From: Eubacteriales bacterium
GTDB lineage: Bacteria; Bacillota; Clostridia; Oscillospirales; CAG-272
DNA length: 63,292 nt
Assembly (NCBI GenBank): GCA_045659405.1
Contig: JAZOWX010000042.1
Location: forward strand, 1-63,292
Direction of reading: 5' to 3'
Shown: in pieces, positions 1 to 9,078 of the stretch
Layout of the letters: every line of letters starts with the position of its first letter
Position numbering within the stretch: position 1 is the stretch's first letter
Position numbers and translations under genes: made by a program
Notes under the pieces: model-generated
Databases searched by the model: none
Seen by the model: only the letters and a program-made list of their open reading frames with translations
Told to the model about the DNA's origin: nothing

Positions 1-65
1 AGCTTGGAATTGTAAAGCGGATCCGGCAATACATCTCTTTTGGAAATTTGACCTCTTCTAGGCAC
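1..65 (-). CDS. rpsG: 30S ribosomal protein S7, 5' end (runs off the window)
   Basis: Reverse strand from GTG at 65 reads (M)PRRGQISKRDVLPDPLYNSK; AAGGAGG RBS upstream; follows rpsL. Not in the ORF track. Confidence 0.95.
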   Translation of the reverse strand, partial: MPRRGQISKRDVLPDPLYNSK

Positions 66-69
66 TGTA

Positions 70-205
70 CTTCCCTCCTTCATCTAAATATGATATCATA
101 GGTACTCGAATGTTTTTTCAATTCGTTAGTGCTCGTTTTGCGATATATAAAGAAAATCTATACCATCACAGCACGTGAGCACATTTTATCCGAAGTTTGT
201 ACCTT
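70..205 (-). promoter_or_regulatory. Candidate structured RNA in the rpsL-rpsG spacer (possible S7 autoregulatory element)
   Basis: Nested complementary segments on the mRNA strand (AGGUAC/GUACCU, GUGCUC/GAGCAC, UGUGAU/AUCGCA) ending just before the rpsG RBS. Confidence 0.45.
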
Positions 206-206
206 A

Positions 207-620
207 TTATTTCTTCGGACGCTTTGCTCCGTACTTGGAGCGGCTCTGGTTACGGTTAGCAACACCCTGAGTATCGAGTGTACCACGGATTATGTGGTAA
301 CGTACACCGGGCAAGTCACGAACACGTCCACCACGGATAAGAACAACAGAGTGCTCCTGAAGGTTGTGACCGATACCGGGAATGTAGCAGGTAGCTTCCA
401 TTCCGTTTGTAAGTCTTACTCTGGCAATCTTACGAAGAGCCGAGTTAGGCTTCTTGGGGGTGGTTGTTGTAACCTTGGTGCAAACGCCTCTCTTCTGCGG
501 TGCGCTAAGGTCGATAGGTGCATTCTTGAGAGTGTTGAAGCCTCTCTGAAGCACAGGAGCTTTAGACTTGTAAGCCTTGTCCTGACGACCTTTTTTAACG
601 AGCTGGTTAAAGGTTGGCAT
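207..620 (-). CDS. rpsL: 30S ribosomal protein S12
   Basis: MPTFNQLV..., [31 protein letters not shown]; AGGAGG RBS. Confidence 0.99.
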   Translation of the reverse strand: MPTFNQLVKKGRQDKAYKSKAPVLQRGFNTLKNAPIDLSAPQKRGVCTKVTTTTPKKPNSALRKIARVRLTNGMEATCYIPGIGHNLQEHSVVLIRGGRVRDLPGVRYHIIRGTLDTQGVANRNQSRSKYGAKRPKK

Positions 621-799
621 GATTTTCCTCCTTCTTTTAATATTTATATATATACCCGAATTTGCGGGATATATTCAAAAAAATCGCATCCTCACAGCAA
701 ACAGCATTTCATAACGGCAAAAACAGGTGAATTTACAGTTTTTTCCGCAAGTCACCGTCAAATAGGCATAATTTGCCCATAAGAATGCACAGTACCACT

Positions 800-828
800 A
801 TTGTAGCATTACTTTGCGTGTTTGTCAA
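800..828 (-). promoter_or_regulatory. sigmaA promoter of the str operon
   Basis: TTGACA (828-823), 17 bp, TACAAT (805-800). Confidence 0.75.
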
Positions 829-916
829 GAGATTTTTTAAAGTTTTTTATTCAAGTCTTTTCGTGCATTGTGATGGTAATATCCGCTTCGGTTTCGACAG
901 TTTTCACAATTAAGTA

Positions 917-945
917 TTGACTTAACTTTTCATCTATGTTATACT
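917..945 (+). promoter_or_regulatory. sigmaA promoter of the glycan operon, divergent from the rpsL promoter
   Basis: TTGACT (917-922), 17 bp, TG-n-TATACT (940-945), 31 bp before the ATG at 977. Confidence 0.7.
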
Positions 946-976
946 ATATAAGTAAAAATCTTTAAAGGATATCGCT

Positions 977-2074
977 ATGAAAAGGAAAGTTTGCTGTTTT
1001 CTCGAAAGTTGGGACAGCGGCGGTATAGAGGCGCTTATCACAAGTGTGCTGACCGCCGATGATATTTCAGGCCTTGAAATCGACGTTGTCGCGGCACGTA
1101 TAACCGAAAACGCATATTCCGAAGCTCTTAAAAAAATCGGTGTTAAATTCACAGAGCTTTCGGGAAAATTGCGAAGCGTTAAAAATTTCTCCATATTCAG
1201 CGATATTCTGAAGTCGCAAAAATATGACGTTATTCATTTCAACGTCTTTCACGGACTGGCGCTTAAATACGTAGCGATAGCCAAAAGGCTTGGCGTTCCC
1301 GTGCGCATAGTACACGCTCACGGCTCGGGACTTCGAAAAAGTAAAACCCGTTATTTAAAGCTTGCTTTGCACAGCTTTTGTAAATATTTGTTTAAAAAAA
1401 CTGCCACCCACCATCTCGCTTGTTCGGATAAGGCGGCAAAATTTTTGTATGGCAATCTTCCCGCAGTAATCGTAAATAACGGAATACGGACAGAGGAATT
1501 TCGTTTTTCTGATGACAGCCGAAAAAGCATACGAGAAGCTTTGGGGCTTGAAAGCGAAATCCTTGTTGGTCACGTAGGCAGACTTTCAGGTGAGAAAAAC
1601 CAAGGCTTTGCGCTTGAGGTGTTCAAAAAGTACAATGCCTCCAATCCCAACTCGCATTTTATTTCTATTGGCGACGGGCCGCTTCGTTCGGAATACGAGA
1701 GCTATGCGGACAAGCTTGGAATAAAAGCCAAAGTCAGCTTTCTCGGCAATCAATCCAACATCTCCGAATGGCTTTCGGCAATGGATATATTCGTATTTCC
1801 GAGCATCGTAGAGGGGCTTGGCATCGCAGCGATAGAGGCACAGGCATCCGGGCTTTTTGCGCTTTGCTCTGATAGCCTGCCACCCGAAGCCGCGCTTACC
1901 GACAGATTCATTTCGCTTCCGATAACCGATACCGTTATATGGGTCAAAACGATGACAGAGCTTACCGAGCTACATAACAGAGAGGCCTATGCCGACGCTG
2001 TAAGGGGCAGAGGCTTTGACATTACAGATACCGCACACCAAATTCTGACTCTGTACAGAGGTGAAGAATTATGA
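977..2074 (+). CDS. GT4 (GT-B) glycosyltransferase, EpsF-like
   Basis: GGIE N-terminal motif, RIVHAH, NGI, GHVGRLSGEKNQ, FVFPSIVEGLGIAAIEAQASG (Ex7E). Confidence 0.9.
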   Translation: MKRKVCCFLESWDSGGIEALITSVLTADDISGLEIDVVAARITENAYSEALKKIGVKFTELSGKLRSVKNFSIFSDILKSQKYDVIHFNVFHGLALKYVAIAKRLGVPVRIVHAHGSGLRKSKTRYLKLALHSFCKYLFKKTATHHLACSDKAAKFLYGNLPAVIVNNGIRTEEFRFSDDSRKSIREALGLESEILVGHVGRLSGEKNQGFALEVFKKYNASNPNSHFISIGDGPLRSEYESYADKLGIKAKVSFLGNQSNISEWLSAMDIFVFPSIVEGLGIAAIEAQASGLFALCSDSLPPEAALTDRFISLPITDTVIWVKTMTELTELHNREAYADAVRGRGFDITDTAHQILTLYRGEEL

Positions 2075-3042
2075 AATTACAGTCCGAAGCGAAAATCTCG
2101 GTAATTGTTCCTGTTTTTTCAGCAGAAGGTCGATTGCCGCTTTGCATAGAGAGTCTGATAAATCAGACCTTTCGTAATATCGAAATAATTCTCGTTGACG
2201 ATGGCTCTACCGATTCCTCGGGCGCAATATGCGACAGCTATGCCGAGCGGGATGACAGAATAACAGTTATACACAAGCAAAACGGCGGTGTATCCTCGGC
2301 AAGAAACAGAGGCCTTGAAATTGCCGGCGGAAGCTTTATAGGCTTTGTGGATTCGGACGACACGCTCCTGCCCGATACGTACGAACACCTTCTCGCAAAG
2401 GCGACAGATTACGGTGCAGACATTGTGCAGTGCGGAATGTTTTTCGATTTTGAAGATAAAAGCTATGCCCTGCCCTCTCCAAAAAGCGATATAATTGTTC
2501 GCAGCAGTGAGGATATGAGCCAAGATTTCTTCAAGTTCTTTTCGGGTAGCAGCTGCACCAAGCTATACAGAAAAGACGCAATCGAAGGCATAAGATACGA
2601 CGAGGCGCTTACAATAGGCGAGGATATGCGTTTCAACCTTGATGCGCTTGCACGCTCCGGATGCACGGTTTTGACAAGCGAACCAAAATACAGATATTTC
2701 CAAAGAGCGGACAGCGCCTGCAATTCAGCGCCGACACGCACAAAGCTTACAAGCTACAGCAAAATGTTGCGAAAGGCTATGGAGGATTTTTCTTCCGTGC
2801 CTTATATTACCGAGTTTCTAAAGGCTGAAACCGTGAAAAATGCGCTTGACACTTGTTCCAAATCGGTAAGATACGGTGACGGTGAGTTTGACGATCTGTT
2901 TTCCGAGGCCAGACGTGATATAATAAAATTCAGGGGCGCAATCGGGAAAAGTGCATTTTCAGCAAAGGACAGATTCAAAATAAATCTTGTAGTACATCTT
3001 CCGTGTATATACAAATTTCTGATAGGAAAAATCAAAAGATGA
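2071..3042 (+). CDS. GT2 glycosyltransferase
   Basis: ISVIVPV, ILVDDGSTD, NGGVSSARNRG, FVDSDD, GED; ATGA overlap with the upstream gene. Confidence 0.92.
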   Translation: MKLQSEAKISVIVPVFSAEGRLPLCIESLINQTFRNIEIILVDDGSTDSSGAICDSYAERDDRITVIHKQNGGVSSARNRGLEIAGGSFIGFVDSDDTLLPDTYEHLLAKATDYGADIVQCGMFFDFEDKSYALPSPKSDIIVRSSEDMSQDFFKFFSGSSCTKLYRKDAIEGIRYDEALTIGEDMRFNLDALARSGCTVLTSEPKYRYFQRADSACNSAPTRTKLTSYSKMLRKAMEDFSSVPYITEFLKAETVKNALDTCSKSVRYGDGEFDDLFSEARRDIIKFRGAIGKSAFSAKDRFKINLVVHLPCIYKFLIGKIKR

Positions 3043-4106
3043 ACAGTGTCGATATTTCCGTCATAATCCCGGCATACCGCGCCGAGCGGAGCATAAGAGA
3101 ATGCTTGGACAGCGTTCTTGCTCAAAACATAAGTAATATAGAAATCATCTGCGTTGACGACGGCTCTGATGACAAAACTCCCGAAATACTCGATGAGTAT
3201 GCTCAAAAAGACAGCAGAATTATCCTCCTTTCGCAAAAAAATATGTATGCCGGAGTTGCAAGAAACCGAGGCATAGAGATTGCGAGGGGCGAATACGTTA
3301 CTTTTCTTGACGCTGACGATTTTTATCTTCCCGATGCGCTTGAAAAAATGCTTTCGATAGCGAAAAAGCACAATCTCGACTTTGTAAAAGCAGGTTTTTC
3401 TTATCTCGATACTCAATCCTCCGAGCGTTACAGGACACTCTACTCTATGAACAGCGCCATAGGAGCGCTTGACAGAGGTCGTGTTCTCAATTTTGCAAAA
3501 AAGCCGCTTCGGTTGCTCAATATTGCAGACGTGCCGTGGAATGCCGTTTACAAGCGCTCGTTTCTCGAAAAAAACGCAATACGCTTCAACAATCTGCAAT
3601 GCGTAAACGACCACTCGTTTTACATTCACTGTCTTTTGTGCGCAGAGCGTATTATGGTTTTCGATTTCCCCGTAGTTTGCTATCGTGTTTCACAAGCGGA
3701 ATCGCTTACGGGCGATAAAGCAAACAGATTTGAAAATCAGATTGCATCATACTACATTGTCAGAGCGCTTGTGAAAGAGGCCGACGCAAAAGTTAAAAAC
3801 ATGATAATGGAACGAGAGCTTTATTCTGCCTTTGATTGGTATACAAGGCTTTCCGCCACAGCTTCTACCCCCGCTATGCTCGATGAGAAAATGCGTGGCT
3901 TTATCGGGGATTTTGATGAATCTGACGTAAGCTCGGGCTTTACGGCAAATTTTGCATACAGCGAGATTTATAACAGCATAAAACACGGTGCGTATTCACC
4001 GAACAAAAAAAACAAAATCAAAAAAGTGCTTAACTGTTACAGGGAGCACGGAATGAAATATACACTGGCCAGAATATTCAAACGAGAGAGGAGATATAAA
4101 GAGTGA
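3039..4106 (+). CDS. GT2 glycosyltransferase
   Basis: ISVIIPAY, CVDDGSDD, AGVARNRG, FLDADD, PWN; start moved to ATG 3039 (ATGA coupling). Confidence 0.92.
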   Translation: MNSVDISVIIPAYRAERSIRECLDSVLAQNISNIEIICVDDGSDDKTPEILDEYAQKDSRIILLSQKNMYAGVARNRGIEIARGEYVTFLDADDFYLPDALEKMLSIAKKHNLDFVKAGFSYLDTQSSERYRTLYSMNSAIGALDRGRVLNFAKKPLRLLNIADVPWNAVYKRSFLEKNAIRFNNLQCVNDHSFYIHCLLCAERIMVFDFPVVCYRVSQAESLTGDKANRFENQIASYYIVRALVKEADAKVKNMIMERELYSAFDWYTRLSATASTPAMLDEKMRGFIGDFDESDVSSGFTANFAYSEIYNSIKHGAYSPNKKNKIKKVLNCYREHGMKYTLARIFKRERRYKE

Positions 4107-5824
4107 GTTCTAAATTCAAGAGCTTCTTAAAGAAATTTGTTCCCTCATCCGCGAAGACTAATAAACATTATGCCGATACGGTGCTTTCCGAATTAAAATC
4201 CTTACAGGCACGTTTCGATGAGCAATTTGAAAAAGACAGGTGCATTTCGGAAAAGCTTGATAAAATCGACGAAAACACAAAAGCTTTGAACGAAGAAATA
4301 AGCATCGCCGGCGCAGAGATTAAAAATCAAATTTGCGTTCAAAATCAAGCTCTTAACGAAAAGCTTGACGAGCAAATAGCCGCAGTAAATCAAAATAGCA
4401 CAAGGCTCGGAGAGCAAATAGATGCAAACAGCACAAGGCTAGGAGAGCAAATAGACGCAAACAGCACAAAGTTCGGAGAGCAAATAGACGCAAACAGCGC
4501 AAAACTTGGAGAGCAGATAGACAACGGCAACAAGGCGCTTGAGCTTATGATTGACAAGGGCATAAGAGATGCGGAGAGCAGCTCGAAAATGCTCTGCGAA
4601 AAAATAAGCGCTGCGGGCGAAGCTGTAAAACAAAAGCTTGATAGCGAGTTTACCTCGGTTGGCAAAAGCATTTCTGCACTTGGAGAAGCCATCAAAGGCA
4701 GCAATCACGCATTTTCCGAGAAAATTGATGCGCTTAACCGTAGCTCTGAAGAATTAAAGGCGGCAATAGACGAAAGCGACAAAAAGCTTAACAGCAGATT
4801 CGACGCACTTGACAATAGTGAAAAAGCGCTAAACAATAAAATAAGCGATAATAACGCAAAGCTTCTCGAGCAGCTCGAGCTTCTAAAGCGGCAGGCTGTT
4901 GCGATAGATAAGCTGATGAATGATCGGCTTGATTGCATTGAGAAGTCGGTCAGCGAGGTTAACCTCATTAGCACCAACATTTTAGATTCAGCAGTAAAGA
5001 TTAAAGAGACAGCCGAAGCTACATCAAACAAGAATGATGAGCTTGAAAAAGCAATAGCGATCTCCACAGAGGAAATCCTAAAGCTTCAAGCCGAGCTTGA
5101 ACAAAAAACGCTCGAAAAGCTTGAAGCTGTGCACCAAAAGGCGCAGGATGCGGTCAGAAACTCTGCTGAAACAGTCTATGCTCACGTTTTCAACAACGTA
5201 ATCACAAAAAGCAATTGGCTTAAGGATAAGAATTTCTCTCCCGGAAGATGGGCGGTAGGATATCCTTATCTTTACGTTATGTACCAAACCCTAAACATAA
5301 CAAAGCCAAAGTGCATACTTGATCTTGGTTTAGGTCAAACGACAAAAATGTTAACGCAGTATGCAGCTGCAAACGAAGATGTCGAGCATATCGTATTGGA
5401 AAACGATCCTGATTGGATTCGAGTCTTTAAAAGTAAAAACAAAGTTTCCGAGCGCACGAAAATTGTGTATAGCGACGTTGAATTTATTAAATACAAAAGC
5501 GATGATTCTGTCAGAGTATACAGCTTGTTCAAAGAGGCTGTCAATGGCAAAAAATTCGATTTTATTTCTATTGACGGTCCGCTGGGCGGCGATATGAAAA
5601 AATATTCAAGAATCGATATACTCAATGTAATTCCCGAGTGCCTTGCCGATGATTTCGTGATAATGATGCACGATATGGAAAGACAGATGGAAACAAACAC
5701 ACTGATAGAATTGCAGCATTTACTGAAACAAGCTTCTATCAAGTACAGATGTGGAAGATACAATGGTAAAAAAGATACCATTTTAATATGTTCAGAACAG
5801 CCTGGATATTTAACCAGCTTATGA
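4103..5824 (+). CDS. Long coiled-coil protein with a C-terminal SAM-dependent methyltransferase-like domain (putative glycan chain-length regulator/capping enzyme)
   Basis: Basic amphipathic N-terminus (SKFKSFLKKFV); about 330 aa of heptad/hendecad helix; C-terminal motifs ILDLGLG, IVLENDPDW, FDFISIDGP, MHDMERQME. Confidence 0.7.
   Translation: MSSKFKSFLKKFVPSSAKTNKHYADTVLSELKSLQARFDEQFEKDRCISEKLDKIDENTKALNEEISIAGAEIKNQICVQNQALNEKLDEQIAAVNQNSTRLGEQIDANSTRLGEQIDANSTKFGEQIDANSAKLGEQIDNGNKALELMIDKGIRDAESSSKMLCEKISAAGEAVKQKLDSEFTSVGKSISALGEAIKGSNHAFSEKIDALNRSSEELKAAIDESDKKLNSRFDALDNSEKALNNKISDNNAKLLEQLELLKRQAVAIDKLMNDRLDCIEKSVSEVNLISTNILDSAVKIKETAEATSNKNDELEKAIAISTEEILKLQAELEQKTLEKLEAVHQKAQDAVRNSAETVYAHVFNNVITKSNWLKDKNFSPGRWAVGYPYLYVMYQTLNITKPKCILDLGLGQTTKMLTQYAAANEDVEHIVLENDPDWIRVFKSKNKVSERTKIVYSDVEFIKYKSDDSVRVYSLFKEAVNGKKFDFISIDGPLGGDMKKYSRIDILNVIPECLADDFVIMMHDMERQMETNTLIELQHLLKQASIKYRCGRYNGKKDTILICSEQPGYLTSL
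4394..4525 (+). repeat. In-frame tandem repeat, 4 x 33 bp (11 aa, NS(T/A)(R/K)(L/F)GEQIDA)
   Basis: aatagcacaaggctcggagagcaaatagatgca / aacagcacaaggctaggagagcaaatagacgca / aacagcacaaagttcggagagcaaatagacgca / aacagcgcaaaacttggagagcagatagacaac. Confidence 0.95.
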
Positions 5825-5840
5825 AAGTAGGACAATAGCT

Positions 5841-8800
5841 ATGAAAATAAACAACAACGTTAAAGTTTCTGTAATAATCCCCGTCTATAACGCAGAGGCA
5901 TATCTGAAGGAATGCATCGACAGTATCCTTTCCCAAACATTAAAGGATATTGAAGTAATATGTGTTGATGATGGCTCGACAGATAAATCTCTCGAGATTT
6001 TGAAAGACTATGAAAAGGCAGATAATCGAATAAAAATCTTGACCCAAGAAAACAAATATGCCGGTGTTGCAAGAAACAACGGTATAAAGGCTGCTTGCGG
6101 AAAATATCTGGTATTCTTGGACTCCGATGACTTCTTTGAACCGGAGCTTCTGGAAACGCAGTATAATCAGTGCGAAAAGTATGGTGCGGATATTGGTTTG
6201 TGTGCTGCTAATCAGTACAATCAGACTACCGAAAAATTCATTGATACGTCTTGGTTTTTACCCGAGCGTTATACCACAATCCAGCCATTCAATCGTGATA
6301 CCTGGCCTGAAAAGATTTTCCAGGTGTCCACCCTCGCGCCTTGGAACAAAATGTTTTCTGCTGAATTTGTAAGAAAACACTCGTTAGAATTTCAGGCCTT
6401 GCCTCGTGCCAACGACGTCTATTTTACAATGGTTTCATTAGCTCTTGCCGAAAAAATTGTGTCTGTCAACAAAGTGCTTGTTCACTATCGAGTAGGCTTG
6501 ACAGGAAATTTACAGGCTGCCAACCAGAAAACACCTCTTGCATTTTGCGATGCGCTGTATGCAGTCAAAAAGCGTTTGGCGGAAGAAAACATTTTTGAAA
6601 AGGTGCGTATAAGCTTTGCAAGCAATGCCATCTCTCAAGTCCTCTACAACCTTAACAAGCTGAAAGATAGCAGTGCATACGACGCATTGATGGATAGCTT
6701 GTTAGAAAAGTACCTTGATGAATTTGCTATCTATCAAGGAATCAAAGAGGGTGTGTTAGATAAGCAATTTAGCAAAGATTTAATGGCCAAGCTTGATGAA
6801 GCACGTTCACCTGCGTTAAAATATCCTGAAAATATGGTAATACCAGCACAGCAGAATCCGTGTATATCGGTAATTATTCCTGTTTATAACGTTGAAGAAT
6901 ACCTTGCAGAATGTCTGGACAGCATACTAAACCAGACGTTGCGCCAAATCGAGATAATCTGCATCAATGATGGCTCAACCGACTCCTCCCCCAAAATTCT
7001 GGACGAATATGCGAAAAAGGATAATCGAATCCGTGTAATCCATCAGGAAAACAAAGGTCTTTCGACTTCTCGTAACGTTGGTTTTAAAATTGCAACCGGC
7101 GAATTTGTTTATATGATAGACAGCGACGATTATCTGGAGTTGGATGCTCTTGAAAAGATGTATTGCCTCTGCAAAGCAAACCGTTTGGATATTCTTTTCT
7201 TCGATTTGGTAAGTTTCTACGACGAAACAGGCGAAACCTACCCGTCAAAGCTTAAGCGAGAATCCTGCCCAAATGTTTATGACGGTGTTTCTTTCCTTGC
7301 ATATCAGCGTAGTAAGCGTGCACATATTACCAGTGCTTGTCTTATTATGTTACGCAGAGGATTTATCGAGGAGAACAATTTCCAGTTCTATCCCGGAATT
7401 ATTCATGAGGATGAACTGTTTTGTTTCCAGATTTTGATGGAAGCAAAAAGAGTCACGTTTGTTAATTGGAAATTCTATCATCGTCGAATCAGGGCAAATT
7501 CTATAACGACAACATCAAAATCTGCACGAAATGCAATCGGTTATTTCGTTAGTATGCAGGAAATGTTGAGATACGGATTAAAAGCCAATTGGGGAAAAGA
7601 GAAGGAAGAACAAATTATGCGTTCCTTCAATGGCATGAAAATCTCCACAAAGCAAATATACGATCAAATTTCTGATGAAGAAAAGGCAAAGTTGGTTTTC
7701 GATAACGCATTTTCTCGTATGATCTTTGAAAAAATCGTAATGGACGTTTCTTCCAAACCTGTTGCACCCATAATCATTGAAAAAGCTCCTGCCGCAGCAC
7801 CTGCCACTACGCAAAACAGCACTCCGGAACGTACTCCGGCAGAGCAGATGCTGACGCTCAAAGTAAAAATGCTTGAAGCGGAAATCAATAACATTCACTC
7901 TTCTGCAACGTACAAGTTAGGAAGAATGATTACCTGGCTCCCCAGGAAGATTCGCGGTTTTGTTCGTTGCTACAAGGAGCACGGATTCATATACACTTGG
8001 AAACGAATTTTGGTTCATATCGGTCTGTGCAAAGACCCCTATGAAGAATATCCTGTAGGCTCTGCAACAAAATCCAATACAAAGAATGTAAAAGCAAAAA
8101 AGTCTGTATCAAAAGCTCAACAACAGACAAAAAAAGTTGAAACGAGCACCGAAAAGCAGTCACCCGCACAGGATGATGACAACGCATTTGAGGAGCAATG
8201 CAGAACCAGACTGATTGATTGGTATAAAGTGCGTTGCAACTTGGATCTGCCTCTTGACAACCCAAAAACGATTAACGAAAAAATCCAGTGGCTTAAGCTG
8301 TATGACAACGTGCCTCTGAAAACTTTACTTGCCGATAAATATCTTTATAGAGATTGGGTAAGCAAGCATTTCGGAAAACGCTACCTTATACCGCTATTAG
8401 GTGTTTGGGATCAATTTGACGACATTGATTTCAATAGTCTGCCAAATCAATTTGCAATAAAAACGAACCACGGTAGTAGCTGGAACATCATCGTAAAGGA
8501 CAAGGAACAGTTTGACGTAGAGGATGCAAAGAAAAAGTTTACAAGATGGTTGAATACAAACTTTGCACTTGCATACGGTCAGGAGCTTCATTACATGAAC
8601 ATCCGTCCCAGAATTATTGCCGAGGAATATCATCCTTGCCAATATGAATATCAGTTCTGGTGCTTTAACGGCGAGGCAAAATTTGTCGTAGCAATTCACG
8701 AGCCTCACGGCATTAACAGCAAGATGACCTACGATTTGGATTGGAATGAGCTTGACTTTGTTACGTCTCATCCCAAGATGGAAAAAGGAGTAGAAAAACC

Positions 8801-9023
8801 CAAATTCCTGAACGAAATGATTGCTATCACCAAAAAAATATGCCGAGAATTTTCATTTGTCAGAGTGGACTTCTTGCACGACGGTAAAAATCTCTTTATA
8901 GGCGAAATTACCTTCACCCCCGCCAGCGGTGTGTGCAAATGGGACCCGCCGGAAACTAACGAAATTCTTGGAAACATGTTGACCTTACCTGATAAAAAGC
9001 CTCTGCCGAAGAAGAAGTTTTGA
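5841..9023 (+). CDS. Multidomain GT2-GT2-linker-TupA-like ATP-grasp protein
   Basis: Two GT2 domains (VSVIIPVYN...FLDSDD; ISVIIPVYN...MIDSDD...HED), Ala/Pro/Lys-rich linkers, then LDNPKTINEKIQWLKLYD, ADKY, KTNHGS, IIAEEY, FVRVDF, GEITFTPASG. Confidence 0.88.
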   Translation: MKINNNVKVSVIIPVYNAEAYLKECIDSILSQTLKDIEVICVDDGSTDKSLEILKDYEKADNRIKILTQENKYAGVARNNGIKAACGKYLVFLDSDDFFEPELLETQYNQCEKYGADIGLCAANQYNQTTEKFIDTSWFLPERYTTIQPFNRDTWPEKIFQVSTLAPWNKMFSAEFVRKHSLEFQALPRANDVYFTMVSLALAEKIVSVNKVLVHYRVGLTGNLQAANQKTPLAFCDALYAVKKRLAEENIFEKVRISFASNAISQVLYNLNKLKDSSAYDALMDSLLEKYLDEFAIYQGIKEGVLDKQFSKDLMAKLDEARSPALKYPENMVIPAQQNPCISVIIPVYNVEEYLAECLDSILNQTLRQIEIICINDGSTDSSPKILDEYAKKDNRIRVIHQENKGLSTSRNVGFKIATGEFVYMIDSDDYLELDALEKMYCLCKANRLDILFFDLVSFYDETGETYPSKLKRESCPNVYDGVSFLAYQRSKRAHITSACLIMLRRGFIEENNFQFYPGIIHEDELFCFQILMEAKRVTFVNWKFYHRRIRANSITTTSKSARNAIGYFVSMQEMLRYGLKANWGKEKEEQIMRSFNGMKISTKQIYDQISDEEKAKLVFDNAFSRMIFEKIVMDVSSKPVAPIIIEKAPAAAPATTQNSTPERTPAEQMLTLKVKMLEAEINNIHSSATYKLGRMITWLPRKIRGFVRCYKEHGFIYTWKRILVHIGLCKDPYEEYPVGSATKSNTKNVKAKKSVSKAQQQTKKVETSTEKQSPAQDDDNAFEEQCRTRLIDWYKVRCNLDLPLDNPKTINEKIQWLKLYDNVPLKTLLADKYLYRDWVSKHFGKRYLIPLLGVWDQFDDIDFNSLPNQFAIKTNHGSSWNIIVKDKEQFDVEDAKKKFTRWLNTNFALAYGQELHYMNIRPRIIAEEYHPCQYEYQFWCFNGEAKFVVAIHEPHGINSKMTYDLDWNELDFVTSHPKMEKGVEKPKFLNEMIAITKKICREFSFVRVDFLHDGKNLFIGEITFTPASGVCKWDPPETNEILGNMLTLPDKKPLPKKKF

Positions 9024-9078
9024 GGAGCTTTGGGGCAACATACACAGAGTCTGAAAAAATAGAAAGGAAAACAATTTT

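Noticed and set aside
129-782. 217-aa plus-strand ORF
   Set aside because: Antisense shadow of rpsL; no recognisable motifs
4394-4525. 33-bp repeats as a CRISPR array
   Set aside because: Units are contiguous with no spacers, lie in frame in a CDS, and no cas genes are present
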